From assembly GCF_009914755.1 (NCBI RefSeq), contig NC_060928.1: a DNA stretch of 64,000 bases; one strand, written 5' to 3'. Under the pieces are notes generated by a model that was given only the letters and a program-made list of their open reading frames with translations, did not search any database and was not told the DNA's origin. The first letter of the stretch is position 1; each line of letters begins with the position of its first letter. Below are positions 52,511-64,000 of the stretch, piece by piece. Made by a program: the position numbers and the translations under genes. This DNA is from the human T2T-CHM13v2.0 reference genome, Homo sapiens.

Positions 52511-55500
52511 AATTCACTATTGGAGATAAAAATTTGAGAAATTCATACATGTTCTATAGATTTTTACTTTGACACATGAAAAGTAAAGCATTTGCTAGCA
52601 TATTTCAGTTAGCATAGTGTATTTGAAAGGAGGTGAGCTCCAACTGTAGAAAGAATTACCATAAAATCCGTGGAAATCTTTGGAGAAAAACTAGGTCAGA
52701 TTTCAGTTTTACCAGCCTTGACAGTGCCCATTTTAGGAACTTTTCCTAATGGAAGAAAACGGCCTTATATAATCCTGACATGAGGTAACAGACTGGCATA
52801 CCGCTAAATGGGACGGAGTAAAGCTTTGTTGCTGATGAACTTTTTGAATCCCAGTCTCCTTCTTGCATATAGAGATGAAAGAATCACTCACTGGCTGGGA
52901 ACGTTTTTCATTTAAAATGCTTGGTCTCTTTTCTTCCAGAGAGCTGCAAGGCACTTCATTTATGTATTTCTCTTTCGAAGTATCCGAACAGACTTCTGAT
53001 ATAAGCAATATTTTAAAATGCTTCTGCCCTTTAACTTTGCCAAAATAACTCTTTTTATGAGAAATTTGACATCTTTCAGATCAGAGAAGAAAGGAAAGTT
53101 GTATTTCAATTTGGAAAGAAATAATCAAAATATGTGCGATTGATGGGATACACCAGGGAATGTGGTTTTAAAGCGCAGTAGTATTATATTTCAGAAATGC
53201 ATGCCTTTGGCCTATTTACACTTCCTTTTCAAAGGTTTTATAAAAAAGAGGATTATGTTCTTATATAGCTGTCTTTGTGGCATTCCTCATTTTATTGATT
53301 TGTTTATATAACTGTACACATTTTAAATTGCTGATATACTTAAATGGCCTTATAGTTTTAAAAAGCTTTATGTTAAATTCCCATCCTGTATTTATAATTC
53401 CTGGGGATAAATTGGTGATTTGAGACTAGTGTTCTGTTTTGTGGATATTACTGCCTGAGGTCAGAAAATAATTGTTACTTGATCTACTGGTTAAAAGATA
53501 TTAGTAGAGGCTAGAAGAAAATGATTACGTGAAATTAAATATTTGTGCCTTTTTATACACCGAGGAAGAATAATGTACAAATCAAATAAAAATGTTTTAA
53601 AATTAAACAAATATACCTCTTTATAGAAATAAAATGTATGCTTATTATATAACTGGTACTATTATTGGAAAGATATGTACACTTAAGCTTATATGATATG
53701 CTATCATACATAAGATAAAAAGTTGTATTCTTCCTTGCTGATGAGTAAATATTAAAATGAGGTAGTAATCAGTCTTGCCAAAGCCAGTGTTTATGAAGTG
53801 AAATATTGTTTATTCATTGACATCAAGTATAAATGGGAAGGATGCTGAAACATATGCATGTATCCGTTTGTATATTGGCGATTCTTGTGCTACACTATTT
53901 TAATATAAAGTCTTTATTTTTATGTAAAAATTCTTTATATAAAAATAGTGTAGAAGGAATTATAGTTCTTACTGCAAATACTGAAAAATAGTTACCAATA
54001 ATTGTACAATATTTTATCATGTAAGTTGGTCAGAAAAGTATATATTAATATGATACAGACATACTTTGAAATTGCCAAAGTAATCAAAATATATTTGCAA
54101 CAGTTATATTCAAAAGGGAACTATTTATATCCAGCATTTAAAATAAATGTTTATTTCAGTGATACCAATTAGGTTATTTGATGAGTTATATTAGGTATGT
54201 TATTAAAGTCTCATGCAAGTCTTTGTATTTACCCTATTTTCTGTGTTATTCAGTTTTAGAATAAAATAGAATTATCAGTCAGTAAGTAGCGTAAAAATAA
54301 GATTCTTCAGTTTTCATCAATCTGTTGTATTTTATGAGTTTATTATTAAAGTACATCATGTGTATAAGAATAAACAACAATATGTTACTGCTACTTTTAG
54401 AGATAGTAGTTATGACTATTATCACATGAAAGCATTCCACTATAAAGACATTCTAAATATAGATTGAAGTAGATGTTGTTTTGTAACACTATCATAAGCT
54501 CTAAACACAAGCATATGCCATTAAAGAGCTTTTTAAATGGTAGAGAAAATAAAATGAACAAAGGAACACAACCTGAGGACAATTACAGAGCACACACTAA
54601 ATATGTTTTTTTATCAGAATGAAAATTAATAAGAATATTAACTGTAGCTGTTTTTTAAGAAATTAACCAAATAGTGCATTGCTTAGAAAAGAATTTGTTT
54701 ACAAATTAATATAATTATAAATGTATAAAATTTTAATATAACCCCTAGAAAGTTGGTATTGCAAATGAATGTGATTTCCAGCTCCACCATTCACTAAGTT
54801 GTCATTTAATTTTTCTGATTTTAATTTCCTCCTTGGTAAAGTAAGCTTGTGTGGATTAAGTATGTTTATATAAAAAGTGTGTGTGACTCAGTGTAATACA
54901 TACAATAACATACAAAAGGTATTTCCATAAAGATATAAAAGCCAGAAGCCATATAAAGAGAGGCAAAGATAAATCTGGTGGGAAGCAGGGATAATGTGCT
55001 TAACTGTGTATAAGCACTGATTTCACTTGAGCTTCTTGGCAGCCTATGTGAAAAAACAACTTGATATGCCTTGTAATTTTTATTTTATGATAAAAAGGAA
55101 TATTTTAGTTCTTTAATCAAACAACTTTTGAGACAAAATAGTAGGAGGGACTTATCAGGATGTCATTAATTCCCTAGATGATTCTGTGCACATACCTAGT
55201 TACAATATGTAAGGATATTTACTGGCATTATAGTGTACCTAGTGACGGTTCTACAAAAGTTGCCCAGATGTTTTCCATGTGATTGTTTCTTGTACTAATC
55301 TTCAACAGAATCTGGGAAATAATACTGAGGACTTTACAGAAGGTAGTTTTATTTGGGTAGTATATCCCGAGTGTGTTGTTTTTTGGTGGTTAAACTTGCT
55401 TAAAGGATTCAGTTTAAAAATTTGAAAAAGTTTTGACTTGAATATATTTCCTAGTTTAGTTTAAAACCAGAATACAATTCTGGTTTCCATTCATTGTACT

Positions 55501-55644
55501 TTATCCTTTTCTCTGTGTTGTGTGATATATCCAAGTTCTATTTCTTGAGACCAAAAACCATGTTTATCTCTGATTTTTGAGCCCATTATCAGTTTGATGG
55601 AAACCTGACTAGCATGAAAGTGAGTATTTTAAAATACCACTTTA

Positions 55645-55916
55645 GTTGTGGTACACAAATCTGTACATATGTTAGAATTGCTTAGAACCATACATGCCCA
55701 TACACATACACTAATGCATGTAAAAACTGATGAAATATGAATAAGGTCTGACATTGTACCAATGTCAGTGTCCTGGTTATGCTATTGTGTAGTAGAGTTA
55801 TGCAATGTTACCATTGGAGGAGGCTGGATAAAGGGTACATGAGACCTTTCTGTGCTTTTTTTTTTTAAATAACTTCTTGTGAGCCTCTAATTACTTCTAA
55901 ATAAAAAGTTTTAAAA
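55645..55916 (+). mobile_element. Ancient L1M (L1MC/MD-type) 3'-end fragment
   Basis: TGTACCAATGTC..TCCTGG...GTTACCATTGG...AAGGGTACATG...AAATAAAAAGTT. Confidence 0.65.
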
Positions 55917-57754
55917 CCTCACCTATCCAGAAAGCATATATATTCTCTTCCCTATGGGAAATGACCTTGTTGTTTCAGCAGTACCTGAGGTGGGAGGTGG
56001 GGGCAGCAGGCATACACATAAAATTTTACAGCATAGCTCACAGCAGTAATTTTAATGAGTTTGTGCAATTAATGTGAAAGACAAAAATGCCTGTAATTTT
56101 TTCTCCCTCCAAATTGGACTTTTATGGAAAAAAATCAACAAAAACCTAACAGCCCTAAAATAAGATTTACGGAGTGGGAATTCGTATTTGTTGGGTTAGG
56201 ACCTAGGGACAAAAGCAGAGTAAATTTCCTAGAAAGGGAATAACTGATAGGGAAATATTATAGACCAAAAAAAGTGAAATTATGAACTCAAGTAAACAGG
56301 TTGATATTAAAATGAGAAAGGACATTTCTGCCATAGAGAATAAAAGACAGAAGATAAATGAAAGTATAAAAAAACCTTTAAGTAGTAAAGAGGGCACTCA
56401 AAAGTGTATTTCTGGGTATAGTTCTGTCTTCCCAGTAAGGTAGATGTCAGGCTCATCTGTTAATAAAAGTCAACACCAAAATGATGGTAGGAAGTTTGTG
56501 GTTTTGGGGGAAAGTTCAAAATTGGGGCTGTAGGACATGTAAATCATGAAGATACGATTTTTTAAAATAGCCAAATAGTAATATAGGTATGCTATGGTAG
56601 AGATCTTGATTGTGCATCCATTAATGTATAGTGTGCTTAAAATGTCTATAGGCTAAGGAATTATTTTGACTTTGATATGTGGACAGGAAGGAGCCTCTGA
56701 AAGTAACTTGAAGAAATTGATATTTTCAGTTTTGTAGCATCATATAGTCTAATTGGAATGGACAGAGATGTGAGGCAGAGATATCAGGAAGCCATTACAG
56801 GAGGCCGGGTGTGGTGTGGTAAATAGTGACTGCGGCAGAGAGAACGAAATTATATTGTAAAGTGAGAGACAGTACTCAGATAGTTTATTATCAGTTTGGC
56901 TGGTTTTTGCGTAGCACTGCACCAGGTTTATTTAAGCAATGTAAAGTACTCTATCTCTTCAGATAGTTTACACTTTGAGAAACTATGATCTTTCCATTTT
57001 TGTACTTGGTATTAAATTTAAATCCCTCTTTTATTAAATGGTGTTTGGAAATCCAAGATTCTATAAAGTTTACCTTAAAATTGTAGGACAAAGAACACAT
57101 ATTACTGCTTTTTTCCCCATGCTTGATTACTTTCCAAATACTATGTTATAAAAAGCTAATGTCTTAGGGAAGACATGAAATAGTAATTTCGAGTAATTGT
57201 TCTTAATTTTATAGATACGAAAGTAGAGGCAACCTGTGAGAGAGTATTGCACGTGGCAAAAATATTAGATGATTTTTCTTGGGTTCAATAAGAAGTCATA
57301 TATGGTTGCCTTCCCCCCCAACCCCACCCCCATTCTCTGAGTCAGAAGTCTGAATGGCTTTAGAACTTTCCTTTCCTCATTAAGAGGACTTAGGTAGGGT
57401 GGGAAAAGTCTAATTATAGAGGCCTACTTGGGGGTTTAAAAACATTTTTTGTCTAAATCTGTTTTTTCCCCTTACCTTTACCACTCTCATTTCACCTGTT
57501 AAAGTCAAAGTTTAGATATGTGAAACATAAGATTTCCAGTCTGCTTATTGAAACCCTGTCAACACATATTATCCTCTGCTCTTTTTAATAGGGTTTTGTT
57601 TACATTTTTAAAATTTTCTTATTTGTAACCAAGTTGAAGTACTGAGAACTTTCTCAACTTTTAATCAGCCTTTTCCTTGCTACAAGTAGGGTGCATTTTC
57701 CTTGGCGGTGAGGAAATATGAAAAATAAATGCTACGTAAAAGTGAATAATTCAG

Positions 57755-58058
57755 GGCCAGGCATAGTGGCTCACGCTTGTAATCCCATCATTTTGGGAGG
57801 GCGAGGCAGGTGGATCACTTGAGGTCAGGAGTTCAAGAGCAGTCTGGTCAACATGGTGAAACCCCATCTCTACTTTTTAAAAAGAAAACAAAACAAAACA
57901 AAACTAGCCAGGCATGGTGGCATATACCTGTAATTCCAGCTTTGGGAGGCTGGGGCATGAGAATTGCTTGAACCCAGGAGGCAGTGATTTAAGATCACAG
58001 CACTGTACTCCAGCCTAGGTGACGGAGTGAGACTCTGTCTCAAAAAAAAAAAAAAAAA
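57755..58058 (+). mobile_element. AluS
   Basis: TSD AGTGAATAATT at 57741-57751 and 58060-58070. Confidence 0.9.
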
Positions 58059-59161
58059 GAGTGAATAATTTACATTTTTCCTGCTGAGTAAAATGTTTTT
58101 ACCCGTTGAGAAACTATGCTGTCATCAGTTCAGATTAAATTCTAAATAACTATATATGCATTTGCTCTCACACACACACATATATATATACATATATATA
58201 TAGTCTAGCATAATTTAAGTATGAAATAGTTTGGTACAAAAACACCTTTTATATTTAAAATATTTATAAAACGTTTTGATCTTGAACAATTGGAGTAATA
58301 AATTGGAACAATAAATTACATACATTATTATCTAAATGCTATGTAAAAGTAACTTTTATGGAAATAATTGAGTTAAATGACTTTATAATTTGTGTATAAA
58401 GATATTCAGTCTTTTGCTAATAAAATGATACAGAAATATAAAAATATAGGGAGTAAAGAAAGCTTTAGTAATTTCTTTAGGAAATGTATTGCCATTTATG
58501 GAGCCTTTATTAGATAAAGGGTTTTTGAAAAAGTAGAATTATTGAACAATTTTAACTAATGTGAGAAATCTGTTGGACAACAGAAATTAATACTAGTATC
58601 AGCAGGCACACCAAAAACTGTGTCCATCAAATGCTGGGCCATAACCTCATTTTATGCTGTGCCCTTGGTACTAGTGCTTTGGGAAATGAAAGATTTAATT
58701 CATTTACTTTTCCTGATCTGGCATTACAAGTGTAAATGTATATACACCTTGAAATTTTCCCACCTAAATGCAGATTTTTAAACCTGAATATAATGTCACA
58801 AAATTGCAAATTGCATGCTTCTCTTTTGATATGTGTGCACTTAACAGTCATGGTGGCTTTTTCTTCATGACTCATTTTTGTGATTTTACTTATGTAATAT
58901 GTTATAGCTTTTGCTTTTATATCTAGTCTTTCAGGGATTTTGCCTGAATCTGGAAGGTGAATAAATTGCGTTTTGAGTTTTAGAAACGATATTCATGAGC
59001 TTTTTTATTTGAATGCTGAAAACATTCGATTATGTCTAAGGTACATAATAGAAATTCACTGTTGGCAAAATTATAGGGGGAAATGTAAGCATTAGAATTT
59101 AATTTTCTTTCCTAGTAGACTTCATAAATACATTTTAACTTTATCTTGAAAAACAATGTAG

Positions 59162-59456
59162 GGTCTGCATGTGGTGGCTCACAGCTGTGATCCTAACATT
59201 TTCAGAGGCTAAGGTGAGAGGATCACTTGAGCCCAGGAGTGCAAGATTAGCCTGGGCGTCATAGCAAGATCGCATCTCTACAAAAAATAAATTTAGCTGT
59301 GCATGATGGAGCACTTCTGTAGTCCTGCTACTCAGGAGGCTGAGGTAGGATGACACGAGCCTGGGAGTTCAAGGCTGCAGGGAGACATGATTGTGCTACC
59401 ACACTCCAGCCTGGGTGACAGAGCAAGACCTTGTCTGAAAACAGACAACAACTAAC
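59162..59456 (+). mobile_element. AluJ
   Basis: Diverged dimeric Alu; flanking repeat ACAATGTAGG. Confidence 0.88.
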
Positions 59457-59844
59457 ACAATGTAGGTATGTCTATTACCATTTCCCTGCTCCAGGAAATT
59501 AAAATAGAACTTGGCAAAATTAAAAGCAGTATATTTAATAGGAATGGGAAAAAAAAAGCCTTCATAATCATGCAGATCAGAATGGCCAGTATTTCAGACT
59601 TAGAAAAATACGTTGCTGCTCATGATTTACATCCCTGACTTCTAATCTCTTTGAGTGTGAAAACTTCCTTTTTAACACCACAAATTATTGTTCTCTCCCT
59701 TTGAGGATATAGGTCACATATTTTTATAGTAATGATTGTACTTACAAAATGTATGTACTGAGAAGATATGAAATAATGAGTAAATGCCAGGAAATTCTCA
59801 CTCTATGTCTTTGTATTCTTTGGTGTATACATACTACAATTAAA

Positions 59845-61100
<1,256 letters not shown>

Positions 61101-61710
61101 TTATATTCTTTTACCTTTGGGGAATAAATATTCAAAAAGTTAAAATAATCTCCTGCATTTAGCAAAATGTTGTTAACTGTTTCTTAGATGGAATATGTAG
61201 ATTCAGGGAACCAAGAGAAATTAGAAAGCTTAAGTGAATAAAACTACCTTGAAATCATAGTTTTTTACGTAGGAGGGAATTTAAAAGTCATCTCAGCCAC
61301 CCCTGCCAAATTTTACAGATAAAAAAACTGAGACCTGAAAATTCAAGTGACTTATCAGAATCAACAGCTAAATTGGTGATAGTGTTGATCTGAAAACCAG
61401 ATCTCAGGTTCATTGTTTCCGTAAATATATCTGAGGAAGTTATCACTGTCAAATACATAAATGCACTGTCATTAAATACATTTATGCTTCAGTGTGAATA
61501 ATTCTGAGCACGCAGGTTTTGGAATATGTTTTAAGGATTTTACTAAAAGCTGTTCTTAAGCCAACATTTTGTTTAATTTGTTTAAAGAACACAAAAATAA
61601 AATTTACCTAATTGAAAGAACATAGAGTAGAACCAAGTGATGGAGGAAAAACTTTTTACATTTTTCCAAGTATAAAAGCTTTATTTAAAAAAAAAAAAGT
61701 ATGATGTGAG

Positions 61711-62003
61711 GGCTGGGTGCAGTGGCTCACACCTGTAATCCCAGCATTTTGGGGAGGCTAAGGCTGGAGGATCACTGGAGTCCAGGAGTTCAAGACCCAC
61801 CAGAGCAACATAGGGAGATCCCATCTCTACAAAAAAGTAAAAGAATTAGCCTGGCGTGGTGGCACACACCTGTAATCCCAGCTACTCCAGAGGCTGAGAC
61901 TTGAGCCCAGAAAGTCAAGGCTGCAGTGAACTCTGATCAGGCCACTGCATTCCAGCCTGGGTGACAGAGCAAGAAGACCCTGTCTCAAAAAAAGAAAAAA
62001 AAA
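61711..62003 (+). mobile_element. AluJ
   Basis: Dimeric Alu; TSD AAAGTATG(T)ATGTGA. Confidence 0.88.
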
Positions 62004-62298
62004 GTATGTATGTGAATAAACATTCTTTATTATATTTGATTTATTCTTGACATTTTCTCTGTAGAGAAGTGTGTGAAATACTGACTTCCCTTTTAAACTC
62101 ATTGGGAATAAAGGATGTTCAGATTTGATTGGATTCTTAGTAATACCTAAGGAAACCCAATTAAAAATTTGAGAGTTTGACTCTTCCCAGTAAACCAGCT
62201 AGACAAATACAGGTATGTTCTTCAAGTTTGCAGACAAGTATCTATTGCTTTGTATTGTTTTCTTTACACACAAGGTGTATAAAGAAAAATTAAAATTG

Positions 62299-62632
<334 letters not shown>

Positions 62633-63067
62633 TCACTTTTTCCTGCAATAATGATATAAGGAATTTATACACATCTAACTTTTTTTAAATGTTACTTTTT
62701 ATCACTTTTGTTCGATTTTTACTGATTGTTAATATACCCTTTTAAATATCTCTATTGGCACAGCAAAGTAAGCTTTTCAGTTTAGTAGCTCTCTAACAAA
62801 ATATTTTCTAATTCTGTGCTTTAAGTGAAATAAAACGGGGATGAAAGTGGCAAAACCATATTATCATGTCCATGAGCAGCCAAAAAGAAGTCTTTAGTGA
62901 CCAGAGAAACCTTAACGTAAACAGTAAGAAGCAAGTAATAGGACAGAAACAAACAGATTCTTTACTCAGAATGTTTGTCATTTGAAGTAAATACAAGTGG
63001 TGGTTCTCTTTCTCTCACTCTCTTTTCAACATAATATGGGTGAGTTAATAAGTATTTAATATATATG

Positions 63068-63419
63068 TGATATGGTTTGGCTACATCCTCACCCAAATCT
63101 CATCTTGAATTCCCATGTATTGTGGGAGGGACCCAGTGGGAGGTAATTGAATCATGGGGGCAGGTCTTTCCCATGCTATTTTCGTGATAGTAAGTCTCAT
63201 GAGATCTGATGGTTATTATAAGGGGGAGTTTTCGTGCACAAGCTCTCTTTGCCTGCTGCCATCCATTGAAGACATGACTTGCTTCTCCTTGCCTTTGAAG
63301 CCATGATTGTGAGGCTTTCCCAACCACGTGGAACTGTAAGTCCAATTACACCTCTTTCTTTTGTAAATTGCTCAGTCTTGGGTATGTCTTTATCAGCAGC
63401 ATGAAAACAAACTAATACA
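63068..63419 (+). mobile_element. THE1B-like MaLR 5' LTR
   Basis: TGATATGGTTTGGCT ... AAACTAATACA termini, followed directly by internal sequence. Confidence 0.9.
63144..63341 (+). promoter_or_regulatory. LTR promoter motifs: DUX4-type site, TATA box, splice donor
   Basis: TAATTGAATCA at 63144-63154, TATAA at 63217-63221, GTAAGT at 63336-63341. Motifs only; activity not shown. Confidence 0.5.
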
Positions 63420-64000
63420 GTAAATTGGTACCAGGAGTGGGGCACTGCTGAAAAGATACCCGAAAATGTGGAAGCGACTTTGGAACTGGGTAGTAGGAAG
63501 AGATTGGAGCAGTTTAGAGGGCTCAGAAGAAGACAGGAAAATGTAGGCAAGTTTAGACCCCTACAGGCTTGAATGGCTTTGCCCAAAATGCTGATAGTGA
63601 TATGGACAATAAAGTGCAGGCTGAGGTGGTCTCAGATAGAAATGAAAAACTTGTTGGAAACTGGAGCAAAGGTGATTCTTGTTATGTTTTAGCAAAGAGA
63701 CTGGCAGCATTTTGCCCCTGCCCTAGAGATTTGTGGAACTTTGGACTTGAGAGAGATGATTTAAGGTATCTGGCAGAAGAAATTTCTAAGCAGCAAAGCA
63801 TTCAAGAGGTGACTTGGGTGCTGTTAAAAGCATTCAGTTTTAAAAGGAAAACAGAGCATAAAAGTTTGGAAATATGCAGCCTGACTATGTGACAGAAAAG
63901 AAAATTCTATTTTTCTGAGGAGAATTTCAAGCCATCTGCAGAAATCTGCGTAAGGAGGAACCGAATGTTAATCCCCAAGACAGTGGGGAAAACGTCTCCA
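63420..64000 (+). mobile_element. THE1-int internal region (runs off the window)
   Basis: GTAAATTGGTACCAG...GAAAATGTGGAAGCGACTTTGGAACTGGG; ORF 63569-63892 resembles the MaLR internal ORF remnant. Confidence 0.88.

Noticed and set aside
63100-63892. ORFs of 81-129 aa at the window end
   Set aside because: Entirely within the THE1 LTR and internal sequence.

Overview
Human genomic DNA (an AluYb8 with all subfamily diagnostics is present, and AluYb8 is human-specific). The window lies inside RAP1GDS1 (SmgGDS, an armadillo-repeat GEF/chaperone for small GTPases), transcribed on the + strand. Only two coding exons are present: 40105-40227 (123 nt) and 49441-49566 (126 nt), probably exons 3 and 4. 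Both are phase 1-1 and each is about one ARM repeat long. The rest is AT-rich intron filled with transposable elements; none of the other listed ORFs I examined looks like a host gene, and the long ones are TE-derived or low-complexity. I found no CRISPR array, no rRNA or tRNA gene, and no evidence for a wholly new gene system. The best leads are retrotransposition and splicing oddities: (1) a sense-strand L1PA2 that was spliced before integration (SpIRE 97/622-type 5'UTR junction); (2) an old-subfamily SVA with a 60-bp 3' transduction, nested in an ERV1 provirus; (3) a near-perfect AluYb8 that forms an inverted Alu pair around the in-frame-skippable exon 4; (4) a tailless 36-nt U2 snRNA retrocopy with target-site duplications (TSDs); (5) a 217-bp tandem duplication that arose inside an old L1 after insertion; (6) a sense THE1B LTR with an intact DUX4 motif, TATA box and splice donor. 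Repeat subfamily calls and exon numbers come from recalled consensus sequences, not from a database search.
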